From Candidatus Omnitrophota bacterium (GTDB lineage Bacteria > Omnitrophota > Gorgyraeia > Duberdicusellales > 4484-171), in contig PMCS01000030.1 of NCBI GenBank assembly GCA_003154195.1, positions 123,446-187,445 on the forward strand: a stretch of DNA of 64,000 bases. The letters run 5' to 3'. Shown here in pieces: positions 27,252 through 37,581 of the stretch; position 1 is the stretch's first letter; every line of letters starts with the position of its first letter. Under the pieces are notes generated by a model. That model was not told where the DNA came from and ran no database searches. It saw nothing but the letters and a program-made list of their open reading frames with translations. Both the position numbers and the translations under genes were made by a program.

Positions 27252-28823
27252 ATGAAGAATAACGAGAAAGTAAATATAGGAATGATCGGGTTGGGTTATT
27301 GGGGAAAGAATATTTTACGTAATCTTGTCGAGTTGGGGGCAGTATACGGAGCCTGTGACTCCAACGCCGGTGTTATCGCCGAACGGAAAAAAGATTTTCC
27401 CAATTTGACCTATTTTTCCGATTATAAACAATTGCTGGCCGATGATCGGATGAAGGCGGTTGTTATTGCCGCTCCCGCGGCAGCTCATTATCAATTAGCC
27501 AAGGACGCGCTTTGCCGGGATAAGGATGTTTTTGTGGAGAAGCCTTTAGCGCTTACTTATGAACACGGACGGGAGCTGGCAGATCTGGCGGAACGCAAAG
27601 GAAAGATTTTGATGGTCGGCCATATCCTGAATTACCATCCTGCCTTATTGAAAATGAAAGATTTAATCGCCGGGGGCGATTTAGGGAAGATCCAGTATGT
27701 ATATTCAAATCGTTTGAATATAGGGAAGCTTAGAGTTGAAGAAAATATTCTTTGGAGTTTCGCTCCCCATGATATTTCGGCGATGCTGATGCTTTTAGAA
27801 GAAGAACCGGTAAGGGTGACTTGCTTTGCCGCTGATTATCTTAACGAAAATGTTTACGACGTTACTTTAAGTTCTTTCGAATTTAAAAATAAAGTTAAAG
27901 CTCATATTTTTGTCAGCTGGCTGCACCCCTTTAAAGAACAAAAACTTGTTGTTGTCGGTTCTAAGGCAATGGCGGTTTTTGACGACCTGGCTAAAGAAAA
28001 ACTTATCGTTTACCCTCATACGATCGAGTGGCGGAACGGCAAAATCCCCGTTTCTAACAAAGCGGAAGGTATAAGCGTTGACGTAGAGGAAAAAGAGCCC
28101 TTAAAAGAGGAGCTCAAACATTTTATAGAGTGTGTTGCCAGTCGCAATACCCCCCGGACCGACGCTAAAGAGGCTTTGCGTGTTTTAAAAGTTCTTGAAG
28201 CCGCGGAGGAGTCAATTAGATCATGCTCCGGAGCGCGAACGGCGATGGAAAATAAAAAACATTTTATCCATTCCAGCGCGGTTATCGATGAAAACGTTGA
28301 TATCGGCGAGGGGACGAAAATCTGGCATTTTTCTCATATTCTGAAAAATGTTACTATCGGTAAAAATTGCGTTGTCGGCCAGAATGTGATGATCGGGCCC
28401 GATGCCGTAGTCGGCAGCAATTGCAAAATACAGAACAATGTTTCGCTTTACAAAGGCGTAACGCTTCAGGATGACGTTTTTTGCGGCCCGAGTTGCGTGT
28501 TTACCAACGTTATCAATCCTCGTTCGTTTATCGAACGTAAAGATGAATTTAAAGATACGCTGGTTAAAAAAGGCGCTACCATCGGCGCCAACGCGACGAT
28601 TATCTGCGGTGTTGATATCGGCAGCTACAGCTTGGTCGGCGCGGGGGCGGTGGTTACCAGGGATGTAAGCGATTATGCGCTTGTCGCGGGAGTCCCGGCT
28701 AAGCAAATCGGCTGGGTATGCGTTTGTGGAACGACGTTAAGTTTACGCAAAAATAACGCAAAATGTATCAGGTGCCAAAGGCGTTATAAATTTAATGCCG
28801 GCAGGTTAAGCGAAAAAAAATAA
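27252..28823 (+). CDS. Gfo/Idh/MocA oxidoreductase fused to hexapeptide N-acetyltransferase (WbpB-WbpD-like)
   Basis: GLGYWG, VEKP, WSFAPHD; then [24 protein letters not shown]. Confidence 0.88.
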   Translation: MKNNEKVNIGMIGLGYWGKNILRNLVELGAVYGACDSNAGVIAERKKDFPNLTYFSDYKQLLADDRMKAVVIAAPAAAHYQLAKDALCRDKDVFVEKPLALTYEHGRELADLAERKGKILMVGHILNYHPALLKMKDLIAGGDLGKIQYVYSNRLNIGKLRVEENILWSFAPHDISAMLMLLEEEPVRVTCFAADYLNENVYDVTLSSFEFKNKVKAHIFVSWLHPFKEQKLVVVGSKAMAVFDDLAKEKLIVYPHTIEWRNGKIPVSNKAEGISVDVEEKEPLKEELKHFIECVASRNTPRTDAKEALRVLKVLEAAEESIRSCSGARTAMENKKHFIHSSAVIDENVDIGEGTKIWHFSHILKNVTIGKNCVVGQNVMIGPDAVVGSNCKIQNNVSLYKGVTLQDDVFCGPSCVFTNVINPRSFIERKDEFKDTLVKKGATIGANATIICGVDIGSYSLVGAGAVVTRDVSDYALVAGVPAKQIGWVCVCGTTLSLRKNNAKCIRCQRRYKFNAGRLSEKK

Positions 28824-28841
28824 GCCGGGATATCGGATGCG

Positions 28842-29801
28842 ATGGACAAAATATTTCATAGAGACAGTATTTTTAAAAATACCCGAAAAGCCTGGCAAAA
28901 GTATAAAGATAACCCCAGGGTTTTTAATTTCCCCGAAAGAATTACCGTCGAAATAACCAACCGGTGCAATCTGAAGTGTTTTATGTGCCCCCGTAATTTT
29001 GTCGATATGAAGTTGGGCGATATGCAACCGGCGTTATTTAAAAAAATAATTAATGAGGCGGCGAATTTTTTACCGGTAGCGCTTGTGCCGTTTTTCCGGG
29101 GAGAATCGCTGCTCCACCACGATTTTTTGGAGATGCTTTCCTATGCTAAGGGAAAAGGCATCGCGCCGATCCAGCTTGCGACTAACGCTTATTTTTTAAA
29201 TTCTACCATTGCGAGAAGAATCATCGATCTTGAGATTGATTTTATTTCCTTCAGCGTCGACGCCAACAGTCCGCGGATTTATGAAAAGATCAGGAAGAAC
29301 TCGGATTTTAAAAGAGTATTCTCCAATATATTGGATTTTATCTCGCATAAGAAAAATAAAGGCGCAAAGTTGCCTTTTCTCCAGGTCTCCGCGGTAAAAA
29401 CCGATAAGAACAAGCTTTTTATCTCTGATTTTATAAATTTTTGGCGCGATAAAGTCGATAGGGTGCGAATATACCGGCAGCATTCCCTGAACGGAGAGTT
29501 GGGCCGCGTTAAGGCCGTTTCCGGCAGGAGGAAACCTTGTTTAAAGCTGCTTACCGATATGGTGGTTTATTGGAATGGCGACGTAGCGCTTTGCAACCAT
29601 GATTGGCAGAGAAATGTTTTTATTGGAAATGTCAACAACCGTTCGTTGGAGGATATCTTCGGCGGCGCGGTTTATAACTGTATACGGGGAAAACATCTTA
29701 ATAATACCCTGAAAGGTTTTATGCCGTGTGAATCTTGTTCGCATTGGAAAGTCCACTATCAAAAAAGAACACTCATGGGTGAAGCCTATGAAAAAATTTA
29801 A
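28842..29801 (+). CDS. Radical SAM protein with SPASM/twitch domain
   Basis: CNLKCFMC; C-terminal C..CNHD..CESC. Confidence 0.88.
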   Translation: MDKIFHRDSIFKNTRKAWQKYKDNPRVFNFPERITVEITNRCNLKCFMCPRNFVDMKLGDMQPALFKKIINEAANFLPVALVPFFRGESLLHHDFLEMLSYAKGKGIAPIQLATNAYFLNSTIARRIIDLEIDFISFSVDANSPRIYEKIRKNSDFKRVFSNILDFISHKKNKGAKLPFLQVSAVKTDKNKLFISDFINFWRDKVDRVRIYRQHSLNGELGRVKAVSGRRKPCLKLLTDMVVYWNGDVALCNHDWQRNVFIGNVNNRSLEDIFGGAVYNCIRGKHLNNTLKGFMPCESCSHWKVHYQKRTLMGEAYEKI

Positions 29802-30909
29802 TTTTCCCATTATCAAGCCTTACGCGTGGGGTAAAGAATTGTCTAATGTCGCGAAGGTTTTGGCCAGCGGTTGGTTGACGCAAGGCCCTTATGCCGATAG
29901 ATTAGAAAAGAAGATAAACGCGTATATCGGTTCGCGGTTCTCTTTTCTGGTTAATTCTGCGACCTCAGGCTTGATCGCGGGCCTGGAGGCTTTAGGTTTA
30001 CAAAGCGGCGATGAGGTAATCGTGCCGTCTTTTACTTTTCCCGCCACCGCTAATTCTGTGGTTATCGCCGGAGGAAGACCGGTTTTTTGCGATATCGATT
30101 TGGCGACGTTTAATATTGACGCGGACAAGATTGAAGCTTTGATTACCGGAAAGACGAAAGGGATTATCGCGGTGCATGCCTTCGGGCTTGCGGCGGATAT
30201 GGCCGCGGTTAGAAAAATTGCCGGTAAACACCGTTTATTTATTATTGAGGATGCCGCTTGTTCTTTCGGCGCGGAATACCAGGGAAGGAAAACCGGTTTA
30301 TTTTCCGATGTCGGCGTATTTTCTTTTCACCCCCGTAAAATAATAACCTGCGGCGAAGGAGGGTGTGTTGTTACGAACAATAGAGAGACAGCGAAAAAAA
30401 TTGCTTGCTTGCGCAATCATGGCGAGTACGATAAGAAATTTATAAACCGCGGATATAATTTTCGTTTGTCGGATATCCAGGCGGCGGTTTTGGACGCTCA
30501 GATGGAGAGAGTCGACGCAATCATCGAACGGCGCATTAAACTTTCCCGAAATTACCAAGCTTTGCTTAAGCCTTGGGAGAAAAGAGGAATTTTGAAAGCG
30601 CCCTTATGCCCGCGGGGATACCGGCATATTTATCAATCTTATGTCGTTTTGCTGGCGGATTATGTTGACCGGGATAAAGTAAAGATGTTTTTAAAGGGGA
30701 AAAGCATAGAGACACAGTTCGGCACCTATTGCGTTCCCGCGCTTGATTACTATCTTAAAAATTTTCCTGCGCCGAAGGAGGCATACGCTGACGCGTATTA
30801 CGCGTTTGCCCATTCCCTTGCGCTTCCTTTATATCATACATTGAGCGCCGGCGACCAGGAATATATTATCGGCAGGCTAAACCAGGCGATTAACATGGTT
30901 GCGCGATAA
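29788..30909 (+). CDS. DegT/DnrJ/EryC1/StrS sugar aminotransferase
   Basis: SGWLTQGP, IEDAAC, SFHPRKIITCGEGG, GYNFRLSD. Confidence 0.92.
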   Translation: MKKFNFPIIKPYAWGKELSNVAKVLASGWLTQGPYADRLEKKINAYIGSRFSFLVNSATSGLIAGLEALGLQSGDEVIVPSFTFPATANSVVIAGGRPVFCDIDLATFNIDADKIEALITGKTKGIIAVHAFGLAADMAAVRKIAGKHRLFIIEDAACSFGAEYQGRKTGLFSDVGVFSFHPRKIITCGEGGCVVTNNRETAKKIACLRNHGEYDKKFINRGYNFRLSDIQAAVLDAQMERVDAIIERRIKLSRNYQALLKPWEKRGILKAPLCPRGYRHIYQSYVVLLADYVDRDKVKMFLKGKSIETQFGTYCVPALDYYLKNFPAPKEAYADAYYAFAHSLALPLYHTLSAGDQEYIIGRLNQAINMVAR

Positions 30910-30970
30910 CGCAACGATTATAATACAGAAAAATGCGTAAGTTGTATTTTTTCACTTGGCGGGAGGCGGT

Positions 30971-32863
30971 ATGTGCGCGATAACGGGGATTATAAACCTC
31001 ACGAAAAACCCGGTCGATAGGAAGATACTGTGGGATATGACCGACGCGTTAGCCCATCGCGGCCCGGATGGCCGAGGTATCTATATCGATCATTATCTTG
31101 GTCTGGGCCATCGGCGTTTGGCGATAATTGATTTATCTGATGCGGCATCGCAGCCGATGCGTAGCGCGGATAAAAATTTTGTCGTAAGCTATAACGGCGA
31201 AATATATAATTTTTGCGCGTTACGCAGCCAGCTAAAGCATCGTTACGATTTTCGTTCGCGTTCCGATACGGAAGTAGTGGTTAACGCTTTCGCGGCGTGG
31301 GGCGTTAATGCCCTGAAAAAGTTCAACGGGATGTTCGCGCTGGCGTTGTGGGACAAGCGCAGCAGGACTCTTACCCTGGCGCGGGACAGGTATGGAATAA
31401 AACCGTTGTATTACTGGCGCAACGAAAAAGTTTTTATTTTTGCTTCGGAAATAAAGGCCTTTCTAAAGCATCCGGAATTTAAAGCCGTCGTGGATCGCGA
31501 AGCGCTTCTCGAATATTTTACTTTCCAAAATAATTTTACCGATAAAACATTGTTTAATGGGGTCAAGCTCTTGCCCGCCGGTTCTTTTTTACAGGTTTCC
31601 CTTAAAGAAGGAGCAGCGATCAATGCGCATTGTTATTGGGATTTTTGTTTTAAAGAAGAAAAATCATTGAAAAATAACAATGAGTACTATGAAGAGCTTG
31701 ACCGGTTATTTAAACGGGCGGTAAAACGCCAGCTTGTCGGCGACGTGGAGGTAGGGTCGTTTTTGAGCGGGGGGATCGACTCCGGTTCGATCGTCGCCGC
31801 GGCGAGCCATTATCAACCGGGCTTAAAGACTTTTTGCGTGGGGTTTGACCTTTCTTCGGCATCGGGATTAGAGTTGTCGTTTGACGAAAGGAAAAAAGCC
31901 GAGAGGCTTTCTTATCTTTATCAAACCGAGCATTACGAGATGGTTTTGAAATCCGGGGACATGAAACGCTGTCTTCCCCGATTGATATGGTCACTGGAGG
32001 ACCTTCGCCTGGGGCAGAGTTACCCCAATTTTTACGCCGCTAAAATTGCTTCACGTTTTGTTAAGGTCTGCCTCTCCGGTATCGGCGGAGACGAGTTGTT
32101 CGCGGGTTATCCGTGGCGATATTATCGTACCATACACAGCAAGAACTTTACCCATTATATCGAAGAGTATTATCGATATTGGCAGAGGCTTGTGCCTAAT
32201 AAGATTATCAGGAATTTATTTTCTCCGGTATGGGATAGCGTGAAGCATGTTTGGACCCAGGATATATTCAAGAATGTTTTTCCTCCCCGGATGTCTTTGC
32301 CTCGCACGGCGGAAGACTATATAAACCATTCTTTATATTTTGAAGGGAAGACATTTTTAAACGGCCTTTTTATCGTCGAAGATAAGCTGAGTATGGCCAA
32401 TAGTATGGAAGTGCGCGTTCCCTTTTTTGATAACGATCTTGTCGATTTTGCCATGAAGATTCCCGTGAAACTAAAATTAAAAAACATAAAAAAGGTTTTA
32501 AGCATTGATGAAGATGAGCTTGCGAAAAGGGAAAAATATTTTGCAAGGATGCGCGATGGGAAAATTATATTGCGAAAAGTCTTCGGCAAATACGTTGACG
32601 ACAGTATAATCAAACAGTATAAGCAGGGGTTCAGCGGCCCGGATGCGAGCTGGTTCAGGGGGGAGAGTATCGAATATGTTAAGACGCTATTGTTAAGCCG
32701 GAAGGCGAATATCTATGATTATTTTGATTACCGGACGGTTCAGTCGTTGATTGCGGAACATCTCGGCGGTAAATTTAACCGGCGTCTTTTTATCTGGTCT
32801 CTTTTGTGCTTCGAATGGTGGCTTAAGATTTTTATATCGGGCAAAGCGCAGGAAAAACTTTAA
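30971..32863 (+). CDS. asnB: Asparagine synthetase B-like amidotransferase (probably glycan amidation)
   Basis: MCAITG, HRGPD, NGEIYN, ARDRYGIKPLY, LSGGIDS, GGDELFAGY. Confidence 0.9.
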   Translation: MCAITGIINLTKNPVDRKILWDMTDALAHRGPDGRGIYIDHYLGLGHRRLAIIDLSDAASQPMRSADKNFVVSYNGEIYNFCALRSQLKHRYDFRSRSDTEVVVNAFAAWGVNALKKFNGMFALALWDKRSRTLTLARDRYGIKPLYYWRNEKVFIFASEIKAFLKHPEFKAVVDREALLEYFTFQNNFTDKTLFNGVKLLPAGSFLQVSLKEGAAINAHCYWDFCFKEEKSLKNNNEYYEELDRLFKRAVKRQLVGDVEVGSFLSGGIDSGSIVAAASHYQPGLKTFCVGFDLSSASGLELSFDERKKAERLSYLYQTEHYEMVLKSGDMKRCLPRLIWSLEDLRLGQSYPNFYAAKIASRFVKVCLSGIGGDELFAGYPWRYYRTIHSKNFTHYIEEYYRYWQRLVPNKIIRNLFSPVWDSVKHVWTQDIFKNVFPPRMSLPRTAEDYINHSLYFEGKTFLNGLFIVEDKLSMANSMEVRVPFFDNDLVDFAMKIPVKLKLKNIKKVLSIDEDELAKREKYFARMRDGKIILRKVFGKYVDDSIIKQYKQGFSGPDASWFRGESIEYVKTLLLSRKANIYDYFDYRTVQSLIAEHLGGKFNRRLFIWSLLCFEWWLKIFISGKAQEKL

Positions 32864-32878
32864 CCGGAGAGGTTTCTT

Positions 32879-33454
32879 ATGCGAAGACAAAATAAAATTT
32901 CGCACAAACAGATTATTGCCGCGCATCATTTATTGCGCGATGATATCTTAAGAAAATGGAAAAGGGTTTTGCCGCTTAACGAGGCGTTTGGCGATAGATG
33001 GGAAAAGGCTCGTTATCTGGGTTTTGGAAAAAATACGAGTATCTATGATTCCAGTTTTATTTTCGGCGATGTTAAAGTGGGCGAGAATACCTGGATCGGC
33101 CCGTTTACGCTTTTGGACGGGAGCGCCGGGCTATCGATAGGAAGTTTTTGTTCGGTATCGGCGGGGGTGCAGATATATACCCATGACAGTGTCGCGTGGG
33201 CTATCTCCGGCGGGAAAGCTAAATATGCGTATGCCCCGGTGGCGATCGGCGATTGTTCTTATATCGGGCCAAACGCCGTGATATCTAAAGGCGTGGTTAT
33301 CGGCAATCATTGTATTGTGGGTGCCGGCAGCTTTGTGAATAAGAATATACCATCGTTTTCTGCCGCTTTTGGTATCCCTGTCAAGGTGGTCGGCAGGGTG
33401 AAGATCGATAGGAACGGCGCGGTAACGATAGTCTATAAGAAAAATAAATCATAG
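32879..33454 (+). CDS. Hexapeptide-repeat acyltransferase
   Basis: LbH repeats, IYTHD. Confidence 0.85.
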   Translation: MRRQNKISHKQIIAAHHLLRDDILRKWKRVLPLNEAFGDRWEKARYLGFGKNTSIYDSSFIFGDVKVGENTWIGPFTLLDGSAGLSIGSFCSVSAGVQIYTHDSVAWAISGGKAKYAYAPVAIGDCSYIGPNAVISKGVVIGNHCIVGAGSFVNKNIPSFSAAFGIPVKVVGRVKIDRNGAVTIVYKKNKS

Positions 33455-33462
33455 GAGATATC

Positions 33463-33873
33463 ATGAGCCATCTTGATACCCGGAAAAGTTTTACGCTTAT
33501 TGAGCTTAGTATTGTTCTTGTTATTTTGGGCGTGTTGGCTACTCTTTCGCTTAATTATGCAGGGATTATGCACGAAAAGACGCTTGGCCGGGAAGCGGCG
33601 TCGCAGTTGAAACTTATCCAGTCCGCGTTAGAAGCTTTGCGCGTCGAAACCAATGCCGACAGCTATACGCCTTGCGGGCCTACCGCGGATTGCAACGCTA
33701 AGCTTCGTATTATACTGCCCGGTAACGGTAATTGGATTTATTCGGTTATGGCAGCAGGAAACGGCGCCGGCGCTACTTATACGGCTACGGCAACCCGGCA
33801 GGGAATAGCATTATGCACCTATACCATCAATCAAGCGCAGACAGATCCGGTGAATAATGGTTGCCAGCCGTAG
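33463..33873 (+). CDS. Type IV pilin (minor)
   Basis: RKS-FTLIELSIV; YTATATR; Cys pairs. Confidence 0.88.
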   Translation: MSHLDTRKSFTLIELSIVLVILGVLATLSLNYAGIMHEKTLGREAASQLKLIQSALEALRVETNADSYTPCGPTADCNAKLRIILPGNGNWIYSVMAAGNGAGATYTATATRQGIALCTYTINQAQTDPVNNGCQP

Positions 33874-33914
33874 CGTCGGGCGATTGGCAGAAAGATTGTG
33901 CTTTGGCCGAATTT

Positions 33915-35348
33915 ATGAATAAAACCAGTCGTTATGATTTAATCAGCCTGAGCGTGATTGCGCTCGTCAGTATTTTTTCGCTCTGCCGGTTTAATTATCT
34001 CCCCCAATTTATTGACGGTTATTATCATTTATCCGTGGCTAACGCTTTTTTGAAATCCGGCGGCTGGGTAGGCTGGTCCTGGTGGGATTTTGCGCCGTTA
34101 GGCCGGCCGCATCTATATCCGCCTTTATATCATTTTATCTTAGCGGGCTTAATCAAATCCGGGATCAGCGGTATCAACGCCGTGCGGCTTACCGAAGTTT
34201 CAATTGTTCCTTTATTTTTTATAAACGTATGGTATGTTTTTCGGCGGCTCACCGGCGTTAAATTCGCTTTTTTTACTACCTTTATCTTAAGCGGATTTTT
34301 CCCTTTTTATTCCTCGGTTTCCGCCAATGTCCCGGCCAGCCTTGCCTTAATTTTTGGGGTTTTTACCTGGTTTTTTACGGCGCGACGACAAACCCGCCGC
34401 GCCGTGTTGATGCTAACTCTGTGTTTTTATACTCATGCGGCAATACCCTGGCTATTTTTTATTTCTCTTGTTTTTGCCGCGGTCTTCGATCAAGATTATC
34501 GAAAAATTATTTTAAAAATAATTATCCTCAGCCTTATTTTTTATTCGCCCCTCCTTGATCATCAAATTAAATACCTGAGTTATCTTAACATAAAGGTATG
34601 GGCTGAAGCGTCTTATACTTATGTTAATATTTTTGTCATGCTTTTCGGATTATTCTCGTTATTCAAAAATTTACGAAATAACACCCTGGCTTACCGATTT
34701 TTTTTAGGATATGTTTTAGCCGGGGCGGTTATCTTTGCGAAATATCCCTATCGTTTTTTCAGCGCGCAAGGTTTTATCGGTCCGGCGCTTATCAGCGCGT
34801 GGCTGCTTGAGCAGGCGGTGAAGCCGTTGAAAGGTTTAGGTTTACATTTATTTGTCGTTGCCGTAAGCGTTTATTTGTTTTTATTCAGTTCTATACTCAG
34901 TATTAATAGGGGAGACCCTAAGGTTGAGCTGATGGCGTCAACTTGCTATAAATTTATCAACGGCAGTATGCTTGATGTCGGTCAATATCAATCATCATTT
35001 TATCCCGGGTATTATAATGATGTTATCGCAGTGATTAAGAAGAATACTTCCCCCGATGACATAATTTCTTCCAACGTTATGGTTATTTCTCAGATTTTTT
35101 CAAGTCTTTGCAATCGGCCTTGCGCCAATTCCATGCTTATGGAGACGCGTCCGAAAAATATTTCCCATGGTTATGAGAATTCGAAAATTATCGTATGGCT
35201 TAAAGATGTGGCTGGAAGCAAAGGTGATTTTAAACATACGGGATGGGAAAAAATATTAGAAAATGACATTTTATATGTTTTTTTGAATCATAATTGCCGC
35301 GTGAAGGCGGTTATCCTGCCGGCTAAGATAAGATTTATCCGCGTATAG
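33915..35348 (+). CDS. Multi-TM GT-C-like membrane protein
   Basis: DGYYH after TM1, RPHLYPPLYH, ~11 TMs. Confidence 0.62.
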   Translation: MNKTSRYDLISLSVIALVSIFSLCRFNYLPQFIDGYYHLSVANAFLKSGGWVGWSWWDFAPLGRPHLYPPLYHFILAGLIKSGISGINAVRLTEVSIVPLFFINVWYVFRRLTGVKFAFFTTFILSGFFPFYSSVSANVPASLALIFGVFTWFFTARRQTRRAVLMLTLCFYTHAAIPWLFFISLVFAAVFDQDYRKIILKIIILSLIFYSPLLDHQIKYLSYLNIKVWAEASYTYVNIFVMLFGLFSLFKNLRNNTLAYRFFLGYVLAGAVIFAKYPYRFFSAQGFIGPALISAWLLEQAVKPLKGLGLHLFVVAVSVYLFLFSSILSINRGDPKVELMASTCYKFINGSMLDVGQYQSSFYPGYYNDVIAVIKKNTSPDDIISSNVMVISQIFSSLCNRPCANSMLMETRPKNISHGYENSKIIVWLKDVAGSKGDFKHTGWEKILENDILYVFLNHNCRVKAVILPAKIRFIRV

Positions 35349-35416
35349 GAAGAATTTGTCGCTATGTTTGTCGCCGGGGCGGTAGTATGGTATAATTTAG
35401 ATAGGGGATAGGGGAT

Positions 35417-35863
35417 ATGTTAACCAAAAAAAGCCCATTTTTTAGAGCATTCTTCCGGTTGAGGAAGGCTACCGGTTTCATCGAACTTATTGTGGCGGCG
35501 CTTATTTTATCCGCTGTGGTGGCCGGGCTTCTGTCTTCTTTTATCTCGGTGCGCAGTTACATCACCCATTCCAACAAACGGCTGGTATCGGCTAATCTGG
35601 GAAGAAGTATTTTGAGCCGGCTTGGCGGATGTGTCAGCGAGGCTTCATGGAACGTTAGCGGCACCGCGCTCTACGCGCCGCCGGGCCAAGCGTGGCAACC
35701 CCATACTGCCGGCGATGTGGCGGTGGGTTTAGGGCCGATTGATAATATAAATTACGATCCTGCTCCTGCCGGTTCTACCGGTTATCGGGTGCGGCGGGTC
35801 GAGACGCCGGCGGGCGACGAACGTTATCGCGAAGTCGAGGTAAATATTACCTATCCCGACTAA
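35417..35863 (+). CDS. PilV-like minor pilin
   Basis: KATGFIELIVA hydrophobic helix; C-terminal REVEVNITY. Confidence 0.72.
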   Translation: MLTKKSPFFRAFFRLRKATGFIELIVAALILSAVVAGLLSSFISVRSYITHSNKRLVSANLGRSILSRLGGCVSEASWNVSGTALYAPPGQAWQPHTAGDVAVGLGPIDNINYDPAPAGSTGYRVRRVETPAGDERYREVEVNITYPD

Positions 35864-35935
35864 TCAAAATAATGCTTACGCATTATTTTGATTAGTCGTA
35901 AACGAAAACGTAAAAACAAAACCTGAAAAAATTCT

Positions 35936-36622
35936 ATGGATTATCGGATTCTCGGTTTTCTTTCAAAATATTCCCAAAAAACAAAACGGCTGTATTTTTT
36001 TCCTACCTGCCGGCAGTCCGGTCGGAACCGAAAAAATGCGTCATGCTTGCCTGACGGTAGTCAGGAATTTTTCCGGTTTATAAAATCCGTTACGTTAATC
36101 GAATTGATAATTACGATGACTCTTTTCAGCGTGATCATTATTGCCGCCGGCTCTTTTGAGATCACCGCTAACCGGCTTTTTCTTTCTTCGGAAAGAAAAG
36201 CGGCGGTGCTTAATGAGATGACTTATGTTTTAGAGCATATCAATAAAAGTTCCCTCCGGGTGCATAGTATGGGCGGCGGTAGCGGCGTTCAAGTTACGCC
36301 CAATACGAGGATAGCGTTTAGGTTGGATAATAATCCGCCGACGCCGCTTGTCTTTACCGACGATATATGGGTAGCCTATCAATTTGATACTGCGACGAGT
36401 AATATAAGTTATTGTCCCAACTGGAATACAGCAGGGGCAGGGTCATGCACCGGAGCTTGGGAAGTATTAACTTCAAGATTAAATAGTGTGACTATTGCCA
36501 CTACTCCTTACGTCAGTTTGCAGCTTACGGGCGTGTACAATCCGGCGATAGCGAACGATTCCAGCATTAATCCTAACGTAACTGTTCAGACTACTATTTA
36601 TTGTCCCGGTTACTCCTCATAG
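35936..36622 (+). CDS. PilW-like minor pilin with unusually long leader
   Basis: KS-VTLIELII at about residue 50. Confidence 0.72.
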   Translation: MDYRILGFLSKYSQKTKRLYFFPTCRQSGRNRKNASCLPDGSQEFFRFIKSVTLIELIITMTLFSVIIIAAGSFEITANRLFLSSERKAAVLNEMTYVLEHINKSSLRVHSMGGGSGVQVTPNTRIAFRLDNNPPTPLVFTDDIWVAYQFDTATSNISYCPNWNTAGAGSCTGAWEVLTSRLNSVTIATTPYVSLQLTGVYNPAIANDSSINPNVTVQTTIYCPGYSS

Positions 36623-36900
36623 CTTTTATTTTTTGCTGCGCAAAAAATAAAAGATACCCTCTAACCGGCAAAGCGCTTTAGGCCAATCAGCCAGCCGCCG
36701 AATTGCCTCATAATTAGTATTGCCGCATCAAACACCAGAAGGTTTCAGCGCTTTACCAATACGGGATTATTATTGTTTTATTCTCTTTTAAGCGATAAGC
36801 CCTCCTGGGTAACGCTTATTTATTAGGCAATACTGCGGCGATGTGTTATCTTGCGGTGCCCGAAAAATATGATATAATCCATATTTATATGGGCGGATCA

Positions 36901-37581
36901 ATGAAAAAAATATTTCTATTTATTTTGTTTATTTCCGGCGTAATTTTTTCTTCGAAAGCGGCGCCGTGTTACGGCACGAGAATGCCCAGCCGGAAGCAAT
37001 TTTTTGCCGGAGCCCAGAGCTATACTATTTTTCAAAGAAAGCTGGAGGGGGATTTCGGCAATCTCCGCAGCCAGCAGGGTTTTTTTACGCTTTCCGGCGG
37101 CCTGAGCGATTGGCTCAGCATCGATTTAAAAATCGGCACGGGAAATATCCTGCAGCACCCGGTCGGCCGGAACGAAATAGATTATCCTACGAGCTTTGCC
37201 GGCGGTTACGGGTATCGCCTGAAATTACTGGATAAAGAAACAACAAAAGCGGTTTTTGGTTTCCAGCATATCAGCGTGCATCCCTATTCTAGGGAAATCG
37301 GCGATGTGCGCAACGAAGCCATTCTTGACGATTGGCAATATTCCCTGCTTGTTTCTCAGCAGGTAAAAACGATTACGCCTTATATCGGCGCGTATTGGTC
37401 GCGTGTTGACTATATCCATCACTGGGATAACGAACATAAACGCAAGATGTCCAGCTTAGCGCATGCGGTCGGCCTGGTCTGCGGCGTTGATTTTGACGTC
37501 ACAAAAAAATCGTGGCTAAATTTAGAGGGGCAGTTTTTTGCCGGCTCCGCCTTTTCCGCAAGTTATAATTATTCATTTTAA
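36901..37581 (+). CDS. Outer-membrane beta-barrel protein
   Basis: signal peptide, amphipathic strands, C-terminal YNYSF. Confidence 0.65.
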   Translation: MKKIFLFILFISGVIFSSKAAPCYGTRMPSRKQFFAGAQSYTIFQRKLEGDFGNLRSQQGFFTLSGGLSDWLSIDLKIGTGNILQHPVGRNEIDYPTSFAGGYGYRLKLLDKETTKAVFGFQHISVHPYSREIGDVRNEAILDDWQYSLLVSQQVKTITPYIGAYWSRVDYIHHWDNEHKRKMSSLAHAVGLVCGVDFDVTKKSWLNLEGQFFAGSAFSASYNYSF

